Below are positions 1 to 11,510 of a stretch of 55,844 nt of DNA, piece after piece. Source of the stretch: Octopus sinensis (lineage: Eukaryota); assembly GCF_006345805.1 (NCBI RefSeq), contig NW_021833874.1, forward strand, positions 1-55,844, in the 5' to 3' direction. Position 1 is the first letter of the stretch. Each line of letters starts with the position of its first letter. The notes under the pieces are model-generated. The model saw nothing but the letters and a program-made list of their open reading frames with translations, ran no database searches and was not told the DNA's origin. The translations under genes and the position numbers were made by a program.

Positions 1-54
1 GCGGTCGATATCGTAACGACGGCCTTTCGCAGACGGCATATCGGCGACCACCGT

Positions 55-195
55 GACTTAGCAATTCGGCAAAAGACACCGATGGAATAAGTACCAGACT
101 TTAAAAAAAACAGTTCTGAGGCTGATTCGTTCGGCTGAACTCCTTCAGGAGGTTTCCCAACATAGGCGCAGTTTCATGACTGAAACGGGTAAAAG
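55..195 (+). mobile_element. Diverged 3' tail of the CORE-type SINE family
   Basis: Matches the tails of the fuller copies at 5476 and 50746 (cttagc..ttcggcaaaag..accgat..aataagtac...atgactgaaac..gtaaaaga). Confidence 0.6.
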
Positions 196-394
196 AAAAA
201 AGAACAGAAAAAATGTTTTGCCTCGCAATGAAAACAGAGACCCGTTGAAGTCATTTAAGAACGTAAGGTTTGAGTATATGTGTGTACATTCGCACGCATA
301 TATGTACGTGTCTGTATCTATCTATAAATCTACCTTTCTATCTCTCTATCTCTGTCTTTGTTTGTCTAGCTATCTATCCAATTGCCATACATAC

Positions 395-431
395 ACAGAC
401 GCATTATACACACACATATATCAATATATCA

Positions 432-506
<75 letters not shown>

Positions 507-528
507 TGCACATTCATACACACACACA
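395..528. repeat. (CA)n/(TACA)n microsatellite
   Basis: Direct reading; source of the THTH ORFs. Confidence 0.95.
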
Positions 529-529
529 C

Positions 530-666
530 CGCCGAGGTCGACTTTCATCCTTTCGGGGTCGATAAATAAAGTACCAGTTGCGCACTGGGGTCGATGTAAT
601 CGACTTAATCCCTTTGTCTGTCCTTGTTTGTCCCCTCTATGTTTAGCCCATTGTGGACAATAAAGA
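530..666 (+). mobile_element. SINE fragment with Meta-like central domain
   Basis: gaggtcgactttcatcctttcggggtcgataaataaagtaccag recurs at about 10 other places in the window; the domain name is from memory and unverified. Confidence 0.6.
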
Positions 667-1194
667 AATATATATATATATATATAGCATGAAGTAGATT
701 CGATCCTAGATAGCTAAATTTAAATTAACACTTCAACAGAACTTTTCTCACGGTAAAACAATGGTTTTTCAGTTTTTCAGATGCCTTAATTAACTAAAAT
801 AATGTCTTCCCCACTTGACCCTTCTAACCCTTCTACTTCACCAAAAGCTAGAATTAAGATATCACAGACCACCAACTAAATCCATTGTTCGCAGCGATAT
901 GTCTATCCTTCTGGATAGTTATAAAAACAAGAACCCCCAAGCCAAAGTCAGTTAGTCAGTTAGTGACAATTCAGGTAGTGGGAACTCGAGTTAGAGAGAG
1001 CGACAATCAGTTAGTGAACGCCCCACTAGAATCATGGTCACAAGCAGGCAGCTACTAATGACAAACGTCCAGAGGGAAAAAGAAAGTTTACAATCAACGA
1101 CAATACGAGATGATTTGCCCCGACTCCCTCACTCTCACTAGCTCATCTTATTTTCTCTTACAACATTCTCTTTCTGTAATTACTACTACACAAT

Positions 1195-1575
1195 GGGAGG
1201 CGCAATGGCCCAGTGGTTAGGACAGCGGACTCGCGGTCGTAGGATCGCGGTTTCGATTCCCACTTACACGTTGTGAGTGTTTATTGAGCGAAAACCACTA
1301 AAGCTCCACGAGGCTCCGGCAGGGATGGTGGTGATCCCTGCTGTACTCTTTCACCACAACTTTCTCTCACTCTTACTTCCTGTTTCTGTTGTACCTGTAT
1401 TTCAAAGGGCCGGCCTTGTCACTCTCTGTGTCACGCTGAATATCCCCGAGAACTACGTTAAGGGTGCACGTGTCTGTGGAGTGTTCAGCCACTTACACGT
1501 TAATTTCACGAGCAGGCTGTTCCGTTGATTCGGATCAACCGGAACCCTCGTCGTCGTAACCGAAAAGTGCTTCCA
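1195..1575 (+). mobile_element. Full-length tRNA-derived SINE
   Basis: A box (tggcccagtggttagg) and B box (ggtttcgattcc) head; its 3' part is shared with the copy at 20261-20494. Confidence 0.8.
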
Positions 1576-1760
1576 TCACTACACAATGACGAGAACATAA
1601 GCACAAAGCATACAAGGAAAATCTGCACCTGTCTTTGCTTCGCATGCTTTTGGATTTTATCACCTGCCCGTCGAGGCAAGGTATATACAATGTAACAGTA
1701 AAAATAAATATTTTCTTTACAACTTCAATCACTGTTCTTTCGTCCTTACATAATTACAAT

Positions 1761-1877
1761 CAACAAATTGGTGACTCAACCGTTACAAATTGGTGATCCC
1801 GACGTTGCACCGTTACAAATTGGTGATCCCGACGTTGCACCGTTACAAATTGGTGATCCCGACGTTGCACCGTTACA
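1761..1877 (+). repeat. 30-bp tandem repeat containing a tRNA-Trp PBS-like motif (LTR-end remnant)
   Basis: Three exact units of cgttacaaattggtgatcccgacgttgcac; tggtgatcccgacgt matches the Trp PBS TGGTGACCCCGACGT at 14/15. Confidence 0.6.
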
Positions 1878-1942
1878 TCCATCGTAATATGATTCAATTG
1901 TTGTTTACGAATTAATTTCAACCGTTACCAATTTTTACCGCT

Positions 1943-1975
<33 letters not shown>

Positions 1976-2152
1976 CGCACACACACATATATATATATTT
2001 GAAAAAATAAGGTATTCAGAGATCTGGATGATTGTACATATACAAATAGATATTTGTATATGTATAACCATCCAGATCTGTGAATACCTTATTTTTTCTA
2101 ATATATAATATCTGTACATCACCTCCAAACCTTCTAATATATATATATATAT

Positions 2153-2252
2153 ATCACCGTGATCACCATGATCGACCAGGCTATCAGATGTTGCGACACA
2201 TCGCTGGTCACAATGCGCTTCGCATTGTTTTAGCCTTCAAATGATGCCACCA
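2153..2252 (-). mobile_element. RTE-tail-derived repeat fragment
   Basis: atcaccgtgatcacc...gctggtcaca resembles the RTE 3' end at 11225-11300; further copies at about 21571 and 30387. Confidence 0.55.
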
Positions 2253-2261
2253 TATATATAT

Positions 2262-2646
2262 GGTAAGTAGCTTGCTTACCAACCACATGGTTCCGGGTTC
2301 AGTCTCACTGCGTGGCACCTTGGGCAAGTGTCTTCTACTATAGCCTCGGGCCGACCAAAGCCTTGTGAGTGGATTTGGTAGATGGAAACTGAAAGAAGCC
2401 CGTCGTATATATGTATATATATATATGTGTGCGCGTGTGTTTGTGTTTGTCCCCCTAGCATTGCTTGACAACCGATGCTGGTGTGTTTATGTCCCTGTTA
2501 CTTAGCGGTTCGGCAAAAAAAGAGACCGATAGAATAAGTACTGGGCTTACAAAAAGAATAAGTGCCGGGCTCGAGTTGCTCGATTAAAGGCGGTGCTCCA
2601 GCATGGCCGCAGTCAAATGACTGAAACAAGTAAAAGAGTGAAAGAG
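2262..2646 (+). mobile_element. CORE-type SINE, 5' truncated
   Basis: gtggcaccttgggcaagtgtctt CORE-like segment, internal TA/TG tract, tail ending actgaaacaagtaaaagag. Confidence 0.85.
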
Positions 2647-2884
2647 TATAGTCTTACGCAAACAGAAACACAAATACATGTACATAGACATACACAACAA
2701 AGAATGAACACAAGCACATAAACACACATACACACATAAACACACATATACATACAGTCACATATGCATATGCATAAAGGTGAAGAAGCGTGAACTCCAT
2801 ATTTGTGCGGAGAGGAACACAAAAGGGAGTTAAGCCACCCTTTACACTTAAGCTGTACCTAAATACGTTAGATAAACAGACTGA

Positions 2885-2985
2885 CATTCAGACAGGCAGG
2901 CAGGCAAGCAAGTAGGTAGGTAGGTAGGTAGGGCGGGAGGTAGGTTGATAAATAGATAGACAGACAGATAGACAGACAGTCTGAC

Positions 2986-3032
<47 letters not shown>

Positions 3033-3053
3033 TATGGGGACAGACAGAGAGAC

Positions 3054-3132
<79 letters not shown>

Positions 3133-3149
3133 TATAGGGACAGACAGAG

Positions 3150-3244
<95 letters not shown>

Positions 3245-3300
3245 TATAGGGACAGACAGAGAGACAGATAGATAGATAGATAGATAGATAACTTATCTAT
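2885..3300. repeat. Compound (GATA)n/(GACA)n microsatellite
   Basis: Direct reading. Confidence 0.95.
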
Positions 3301-3309
3301 CTACGTACC

Positions 3310-3785
3310 TATATAATATGTATGAATAAGTGTATGTATGTGTGTGTATGTATGTGTATGTATGTATGTATGTATGTATGTATATATGCATGTATGTATA
3401 TATATATATGTATGTATATATGTATGAATGTATGTATGTATGTATGTATGTATGTATGTATGTATATATCTATGTATGTATGTATGTATGTATGTATGTA
3501 TGTATGTATGTATGATGTATGTATGTATGTATGTATGAGTACGTTATATATATGTACATACGTATGTTAGTGTATCTGTATGTATATATGTGTAAATCTA
3601 TGTACGTATGTATATATGTATAAGTATGTGTATGTATGTGTATGTATGTGTATGTATGCTTGTATGCATATGAGTGTGTATGTATATGTGAATGTATGAA
3701 TGTATGAAAGTATATATGTACGTACGTATGTGTGTATATGTATGTCCTAATGTATGTACGTACGCACGTCCGTTTGTATGTATGT
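3310..3785. repeat. (TATG)n microsatellite region
   Basis: Direct reading. Confidence 0.9.
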
Positions 3786-4129
3786 ATAAAGGTTGCAGCT
3801 CTTTTTCAAACAATGGCCTTTCTTGGTTATTTCCTTAATGCTACGCAGATCTGAGTTTCCGTCCTGTTTGGAAGCTACACGCTTTTGGACATTTGTGACA
3901 AGGATGGGTGCCTCTTACACCAGGTGTTCAGAGTGTTTACCACTTACTTCCTCGCATAACTTCATTCCATGACGGAGATTTTCAATGAGTGTTTTGTTTT
4001 TCGACAGCACTTAATGGATATGGTAAAACTCAAGAGATGCATATCCCTGAAACCAATCCCACTCTCTAAAAATCCTAAATGTTTGCCCCCCCCAAAAAAA
4101 TACCATCTGCGTAATTCAATTCAAACCAT

Positions 4130-4560
4130 GTTGTAAGTTTTACGTTAGACTTTTCCTTCTCCGAAACTATTGGTTCGCAACTGAGAGTTTCACCTGAAGG
4201 GAGTACTGGAGTTTCAGGGTAACCTCTTTTCCGAAGTGGATCAACTCAAATTGGTCAGCAGAGGAGAAACGGGCCATTGAGAAAATCAAACTCAACCCCA
4301 AAGTGTTCTCTTTCGTCGAAAAAACACAAGGTCACTGTCTTCACTGTTGGCCCTCTAATTGATGGAAATGGTAATCTCCAAGATAATACCAAAACCATGA
4401 GCGAGATACTGCAGGTACCGTACAGCTCTGTTTTTAGCAATCCTTGAGTGTCCATATAAGGTTTTGGAGGAGTCCACACAATAAAATCGTAAATTGGAGA
4501 TCCACAATAGTATTTTAAGGGCCCTGAAAAAAATCTTGCTTTAGATGTATGTATTGGTGT
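4130..4560 (-). mobile_element. Degenerate CR1/L2-group LINE fragment
   Basis: Shares gagagtttcacct.aagggagtactggagtttcagggt with 6918-6980; minus strand encodes FELIHFGKE just after the RT domain. Confidence 0.55.
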
Positions 4561-4569
4561 GTATTGCAA

Positions 4570-4760
4570 AAAAAAAACAGGTTTCTTTCTCTAACATTTT
4601 ACACGGTTCAACCTACGCAAGTTAATGTGTAAAAATCAAAATCAAAATTTTGAAATTTTCTGTAAAACTAGTTTTTAAACATCGAATGGTTACGGGTGTC
4701 CTCCAGAATAAAAGAGTAATCAAAGGGGTCTGCAGGTTAAAAACAGTTGATAATCCCTGT
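4570..4760. mobile_element. Possible hAT/Charlie-type MITE end
   Basis: Ends ggggtctgcaggttaaaaacagttgataatccctg, resembling Charlie-type termini; no partner end found. Confidence 0.35.
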
Positions 4761-5004
4761 CCTAGTGAGATGTTTCAATAAAGACTAGGGGTGGCTTTCT
4801 CGCAGCTTTTGGATGCTCGGTGACTCTAGTGAGTTCATCTGCCCTTCGGCAGGTTTTGTTTTTTTTATTCTGCAGGGTGTCCGGCAAAAATCATCCTAAA
4901 CACTCTAATAAAGCGAGCAACGTAGGGCTGCCGGATTACTCGCCTACGGCTCAAAAATACGGACGGGTTGTATGCACTGGGTCACATGTTAGCAGTAGTA
5001 CAAA

Positions 5005-5030
5005 TAGACAGACAGACAGACAGACAGATT

Positions 5031-5070
<40 letters not shown>

Positions 5071-5071
5071 T

Positions 5072-5125
<54 letters not shown>

Positions 5126-5130
5126 TGACT
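5005..5130. repeat. (GACA)n(GATA)n microsatellite
   Basis: Direct reading. Confidence 0.95.
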
Positions 5131-5152
5131 GACTGGTATGTTTATATATATA

Positions 5153-5185
<33 letters not shown>

Positions 5186-5186
<1 letters not shown>

Positions 5187-5462
5187 TGATTGTATACTGT
5201 CAACTTAACGTGACAGTCCTGTAAGGGAATTACACCACCGCTGTTTAGCCCTAGGAAGCATCAATGCTTCCTGTCGGCCTTGACACATTTCCTGTGTCCT
5301 TTGTGTCAAGGCCGACAGGAAGCGTCGATGCTTCCTAGGGCTAAACAGCGGTGGTGTAATTCCCTTACAGGACTGTTACGTTAAGTTGGCAGTATACAAC
5401 CACTCTATCGCTCCACCAGCGTACATATCTCTATGAGATATTTAGAAATTTAATATTTCTGA
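5186..5462. mobile_element. Foldback element: ~218-bp hairpin plus conserved 3' tail
   Basis: Arms 5186-5285 and about 5300-5403 are reverse complements; the tail ctatcgctccacc...atttagaaatt recurs at 51640-51700. Confidence 0.75.
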
Positions 5463-5475
5463 TATATATATATAT

Positions 5476-5870
5476 GAGTGGCTGTGTGGTAAGTAGCTTG
5501 CTAACTAACCACATGGTTCCGGGTTCAGTCCCACTGCGTGGCATCTTTGGCAAGTGTCTTCTACTGTAGCCCCGGGCCGACCAATGCCTTGTGAGTGGAT
5601 TTGGTAGACGGAAACTGAAAGAAGCCCGCCGTATATATGTATATATGTGTATGTGTTTGTGCGTCCGTGTTTGTCCCCCTAGCATTGCTTGACAACCGAT
5701 GCTGGTGTGTTTATGTCCCCGTCACTTAGCGGTTCGGCAAAAAGAGACCGATAGAATAAGTACTGGGCTTACAAAGAATAAGTCCCGGGGTCGAGTTCCT
5801 CGACTAAAGGCGGTGCTCCAGCATGGCCGCAGTCAAAATGACTGAAACAAGTAAAAGAGTAAAAGAGTAA

Positions 5871-5873
<3 letters not shown>
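5476..5873 (+). mobile_element. Full-length CORE-type SINE
   Basis: tRNA-like head gtggctgtgtggtaag...ggttcagtcc, CORE-like domain, internal microsatellite, gtaaaaga tail. Confidence 0.9.
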
Positions 5874-5915
<42 letters not shown>

Positions 5916-5918
<3 letters not shown>

Positions 5919-6136
5919 CGGGTTGCTGAGAAGTTCCTGGCTTTAAAGGTGTCGCGAAAAGCTTGGTTGGGGATCCAGCCTGCCGAGTTCTTTTACAAAG
6001 TCGAGAAAAACTGAACAAACGCCGCAATAAGGAAGTGTGTATCTGAGAAGGGAATATGTTCAATAAAATCATAATTAACTGATCCTCGACTATTTACTTT
6101 TACCCCAAACCAGGAACTTTTCAGCACACCCTCGTA
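5916..6136 (+). mobile_element. Mariner-derived MITE
   Basis: TIRs (ac)gggttgctgagaagttcctgg / ccaggaacttttcagcacaccctcgt flanked by TA; the interior resembles the transposase C-terminus (KCV..GEYV*). Confidence 0.8.
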
Positions 6137-6139
6137 TAC

Positions 6140-6985
6140 ATGTACTTTGATACTATGGTATTCTGATAGGTTTCAACTAGTATTGGCCCAGGCCATGTCT
6201 AACTTAACAACACCACCTGGCAAAGTCATTCAAATCAGGAATCGGGCAACATGGCTTACCCGAGGAGAGAGTTGTTGTTTACGGAGACATATCCGGGTGT
6301 AGGAGGTTTATCTGGGATTTTTTGAAGGAATTTGTCCGAAGACTTCTTGAACTTTATGGGGTCTGTTTCTGTTTTAATGTATTTTTGGTGTAATGTTAAA
6401 GAGAGCGGGGCCAATTGAAGTGAAATAATTGTGCCGTATTGTTGTTATATGGTGCGAGTATAATTTATATCGTGGGCGGAAAGCATGGGGCCCAAGTCTT
6501 GGGTATATCTTAAAGGTGATGCCAACATCATTTGGGCAATGCTGATGGAATATTTTCCGCATCATACAGATGATGTAGCACTCACAACGGCATCGGTCGA
6601 CTAAAAAAGCTTGAGCTTTTTTAGTCGACCCCAATAGACAAGGGCTGTCATGCCATTCATCTTTTTTGCGATTGACCTTTGAAATGCTTCAATTTTCATG
6701 ATACTTTGTTTCGTGTGGGGAGATCACAGTATTCAAGGTGGGATCGGGAAAATGTAGAGAAGAGAGGGATAATGGTGTGGATATATCTCGACTGGAAAGT
6801 TCTGAGAATCCAAGAACACATTCTGTGGGCCACGTCAGCATTGCTGTTTATACTAGCGGCCCAGTTTATTTTGTTGTCTACAATTACTCCCAAGTTTCTG
6901 ATATTGTTGGATGCCATGAGAGTTTCACCTAAAGGGAGTACTGGAGTTTCAGGGTATCCTCTTTTCCCAAGTGGATGAACTTTAT
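6140..6985 (-). mobile_element. CR1/L2-group LINE 3' fragment
   Basis: NLGVIVD...RMCSWILRTF...RSHLEYC and a downstream FTSIGPALFN motif; frames disrupted. Confidence 0.75.
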
Positions 6986-7669
6986 ATGCATTTAAAAATA
7001 CTTTAAATGTGTGTACGTATGTACATGCTGACCACTTGACACGTAACGAGGAACTAGATAAGCGATTTAACCAGACAACTCTAATTTACAATACACTAGG
7101 TCCCCAGACGCCCCGGTTGATTTATGACACCCACGGCTTCTACAACCAGAATATGTCATTTTCCTGACCACCATGTTGGTCCGTAACAACTTTATATCCC
7201 TTATCCTTATATCCTTTTACATTTCTATATTCTTATATCCTTTATATTTCTGATAATTTTTTATATTTTTTTATAACTTTATATCTTTATATTCATTTAT
7301 ACTTTTTTATATCTCTTTATATCTTTATACTTTATATTTTTATATTTCTATACTTATATTCTTTTATCTTTCACATTTTTATATTTTTTTATCCTTCGTC
7401 CTGAATTCTCGCCCCTCCATCTTTATCCCTATTTACTCTTATTACGAGGTTCCTTCACGTCTGTCTGTATTTATATATGTATATATTTATTTATTCATTT
7501 ATTTATATTACCTCAACATCCAAACTTCCTCATTCTACATTGAGAGAAGGACAAGATGGACGCTTCAATTCTATGCTGTTGCCGCATTATGTCGTACGCG
7601 AATGAGAGGATTTGCATCCCCAACGTAGAAATTTTGATGTAATACATGTCCTTGAGGTAGTAATTGTGT

Positions 7670-7747
7670 GCGGCCGAAGAAGGCCATAGACACACATTAT
7701 GCACTGTTATAAATCCGTCTAATAAAGGCCCGAAACATATGTACCGC
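7670..7747 (+). ncRNA. Type I hammerhead ribozyme motif, C4 variant
   Basis: gcgg CCGAAGA aggcc...ggccc GAAA catatg TA ccgc: stem I 4 bp, palindromic stem III acatatgt, GUA site; A-C mismatch at 10.1/11.1. Confidence 0.7.
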
Positions 7748-7862
7748 TGAATCCTTGGCATCATGTTTTTATTTTGATTAATTTACTCCACCACCTACAC
7801 CACCAAACGGTATATACAGGTGCTTACAATTATCAAGTACTCACCCTGAATTTCTATATATG

Positions 7863-7897
<35 letters not shown>

Positions 7898-7900
<3 letters not shown>

Positions 7901-8226
7901 CGGGATCAGCCATCTGAATGTGGCTAGGGACAGGGCGGGGTGGTGGGGGTGTTACTGATGCATTTAGCCCCAGGCGACTATAACGTCACTAGAAGAGCCG
8001 ACACCATCACGGTGTCCTTGCTGGCCTGCAAAGGGAGATCAGCCTCCCCGAAGATACGGATACTACATATCTTCGGGGAGGCTGATCTCCCTTTGCAGGC
8101 CAGCAAGGACACCGTGATGGTGTCGGCTCTTCTAGTGACGTCTATAGTCGCCTGGGGCTAAATGCATCAGTAACACCCCCACCACCCCGCCCTGTCCCTA
8201 GCCACATTCAGAGGCTGATCCCGCTT
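7898..8226. mobile_element. Near-perfect 329-bp foldback MITE in (TA)n
   Basis: Arms about 158 bp around a 13-nt loop (acggatactacat); TA flanks. Confidence 0.85.
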
Positions 8227-8307
8227 ATATTAAAGAGCAGTTACTGTTTATACCTCGCTCAGAGATTTATTATTGTTATATATATATATATATGTATGTA
8301 TATATTA

Positions 8308-8376
<69 letters not shown>

Positions 8377-8397
8377 ATATATATATATATATAAACA

Positions 8398-8947
8398 TAA
8401 TTAAAAATGGATAATAACATAAGTTATTATTACCAGTGGCCTAGCACAAAAGACGAATTAGTCATTAGACAATATATTTTTCGTATAGAAATATAATAAG
8501 GCTCCCAAATAAGGGAGCAAGTGCTAGAAACACAAAGAGGGATAAATTCATCAAAGGAATGAAAATCAAAAACATTTACCGTTATAGATGTATCCTAGAC
8601 TGATCAGTTTCTACCTCTTTCTAGCAAAACATACAGAATATGTTTGCCCAGGCAAGGTTCGTCAGTGGGTAGTCTTCTAAATCCTAGATGCACAGAGCGT
8701 TAGAGAACGTGTAGCTCTAACGGTTTGTAAATCTTAACTTTCCAAAACTCCGCGCAGACGCAAAACATACCCGGCGGCCGAGAGCATGCCGGTAAAAAAT
8801 TTTACGAACAAATTTATCGAGTAATATGTAAACCTAATTAAAAAAGGGTAATAACATAAGTTATTATTACCAGTGGCCTAGCACAAAAGACGAATTAGTC
8901 ATTAGACAATATATTTTTCGTATAGAAATATAATAAAAGGCTCCCAA
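8398..8947 (-). mobile_element. Penelope/retrozyme-like 437-bp unit with ~110-bp terminal direct repeat
   Basis: taataacataag...ggctccca at 8412 and 8849; contains a hammerhead motif. Confidence 0.7.
8594..8669 (-). ncRNA. Type I hammerhead motif (intact core, weak stem I)
   Basis: ccca CTGACGA acct...aggt a GAAA ctgatcag TC tagg; 10-nt palindromic stem III, GUC site. Confidence 0.7.
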
Positions 8948-9043
8948 CGGGAAAGTTTACGAAAATAAACAAAAGACGAAGGCAGGTGGAGTACAAACAA
9001 ACAAATGTATTAGTATAGCGCTCAGGAATAGAAATAGAAAAAG

Positions 9044-9081
9044 TCTTTTACGTTTCGAGCCTACGCTCTTCGACAGAAAGA
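9044..9081 (-). ncRNA. Degenerate minimal hammerhead motif
   Basis: tcttt CTGTCGA a gagc gtag gctc GAAAC GTA aaaga; A6 replaced by U. Confidence 0.5.
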
Positions 9082-9133
9082 TACACAGAAAAAATAAGGA
9101 GAAAAACAAGGAGAGAAAAAATATATACATATA

Positions 9134-9182
<49 letters not shown>

Positions 9183-9385
9183 ATATATATTACTTGTATT
9201 AATAATTTTACTGTGTCACAGTTTTTTTACGCTAGGCCACTTGGTGTTTTAAATTGAGGTTATTATTAATATCAGTTTTTTCACCCTTATTGTGATTTTA
9301 TTTATATATATATATACATACATACATATATATACATATATATATATATATATAATATATATATATATAATATATATATATACTA

Positions 9386-9472
<87 letters not shown>

Positions 9473-9680
9473 TGCATACACACTGCAATGTAAAGAAGAA
9501 GACAAGGGAAGTGCTCTAACGCATCTTTAATCATAAGTTACAAATACTTTCGTACCGTTTCCATTCGCAACGCCAGTTTACGCGAAAATTCTAAATGGAA
9601 ACTCGCGTGATATTTGAGGTTTTAGACATTGGAGAGGTACTTCCTCGGACTTGCATCCATCGCAGGTACTAGTTTCGATA

Positions 9681-9723
<43 letters not shown>

Positions 9724-9727
9724 CACA

Positions 9728-9762
<35 letters not shown>

Positions 9763-9764
<2 letters not shown>

Positions 9765-9930
9765 ACAACGGGCTTCTATCAGTTTCCGTCGACGAAATCC
9801 TCTCACAAGGATTTGGTGGGCCCGAGGCTGTAGTAGAAGGCACTTTTCGAAGGTACCGTGCAGTGGGACTGAACACGGAACCATGTGATTGGGAACCAAG
9901 GATTTTGCCACATAGCTAAGCCTGTGTCAA
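9763..9930 (-). mobile_element. CORE-type SINE 5' half
   Basis: Reverse complement of the head and CORE segment of 5476. Confidence 0.7.
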
Positions 9931-10215
9931 TGTGTTTATCCATGTATGTATGTATGTATGTATGTATGTATGTATGTATGTATGTATGTATGTATGTATA
10001 TATGTGTGTGTGTATATAAATACGTGAATATATATGAATGTGTATGTTTTTGAAATTAATTCCGCTTTCTTATACCGATCTTATCTTCGGCTATCCCAGG
10101 ATGTAAGCAACATCTGCGATGGCCTTCACGCTCACTCAAACACACCCACACACATACATACAGACACGTACATATATGTACATACTACTCATTTTTACAC
10201 GCACACACACACACA

Positions 10216-10274
<59 letters not shown>

Positions 10275-10349
10275 TATATATACATATACGTATATATGTA
10301 TATATATATATACATAATAGAAGCATTACATACATACAATTTAAGAATG

Positions 10350-10381
<32 letters not shown>

Positions 10382-10662
10382 CACCCAAACATACTTATCG
10401 GAAATGTTTACATTGTCCTCGTCTAAATCCGTCTCGTGCACACGTGCATCTGTGTGTGTATGTATGTATATATATTATATATATATATATGTGTGTGTTG
10501 GTGTGTGTGCGCGCGCGTGGTGTGTATCTGTATATATGTATCTATGTATTTATATATATATATAATATATATACATATGTATATATAATATATATATATA
10601 TATATATTTATATATTTATATATTTATATATATATATATGTATATATATGTTCAATATATAT

Positions 10663-10694
<32 letters not shown>

Positions 10695-10763
10695 CGTTTG
10701 TGTGTGTGTGTTTGTATCTATGTACGTATGTATGTTGTGAGTGCGTCGTATGTACTGTATGGG

Positions 10764-10790
10764 TATATATATACAGCCTGTATCAGTGTC
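10764..10790 (+). promoter_or_regulatory. Possible TATA/Inr of the VWA gene
   Basis: tatatata at 10764 and TCAGT at 10783, about 70 nt before the ATG; spacing is short. Confidence 0.2.
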
Positions 10791-10854
10791 GTTGCCATAC
10801 TGCTTCCATTCGGTCTCAGCCTCGGTTGTTCAACATTCGCAGAACTGTGACGAG

Positions 10855-10899
10855 ATGTGGATTCGAACTTTGATCTTGCTGACCTTGGCCATTTCGGCG
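10855..10899 (+). CDS. VWA protein exon 1 (signal peptide)
   Basis: ATG MWIRTLILLTLAISA, then a phase-0 GTGAGT donor at 10900. Confidence 0.75.
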
Positions 10900-11158
10900 G
10901 TGAGTTCTTTATTGCCTTCCTTACTTGTAAAGTTATGTGTGTGCAGTTTATTATTTTTTTTACTTGACTTTGTATACATACATGCTCATTTCCTTAGTTC
11001 AGTTAGACAGACAGATATACCTATATACATACACACACACACGCGCCCGCACATACACACATGCACACATGCGCTCGTACACCTATGTGTGTCTATATAT
11101 TGTCATACATACATGCTTATATATTTGTACGTGTGTCTGTGTATACATATATACATAC

Positions 11159-11198
<40 letters not shown>

Positions 11199-11224
11199 AT
11201 GTATGTGTGTGTGTGTGTGTTACT

Positions 11225-11510
11225 GAAATACATATCACCTTGATCACCTCGACCGACCAGTCTGTCGGGCGTCCATTTGACACCGCTGGTCACAGCACGC
11301 TGTCCACCCCTCTCTGGATCGCGCCTTTCTCATCTACGTGATCCTAATCGCCCTTCTGAAATCGTAACTCCACCGTTGTGGAGGCCTTCCGAGTGGTCGT
11401 TTCCGCTCGCGCGGGTACCACTCGACAACTGCGCGAGTCCACCGATTATCGGTGAGCCGGACGACGTGTCCAGCCCATCTAAACTTGCTGCGTGTATATT
11501 CTATATAAAA
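11225..11510 (-). mobile_element. RTE-clade LINE 3' end
   Basis: KFRWAGHVVRLTDNRWTRAVVEWYPRERKRPLGRPPQRW is the typical RTE C-terminus. Confidence 0.85.

Noticed and set aside
1195-1265. tRNA-like heads as tRNA genes (also 16680-16746, 49630-49704)
   Set aside because: They continue into SINE bodies and lack a complete cloverleaf.
1778-1877. 30-bp repeats (and 27-bp repeats at 39843) as CRISPR arrays
   Set aside because: Head-to-tail with no spacers, no cas genes, eukaryotic context.
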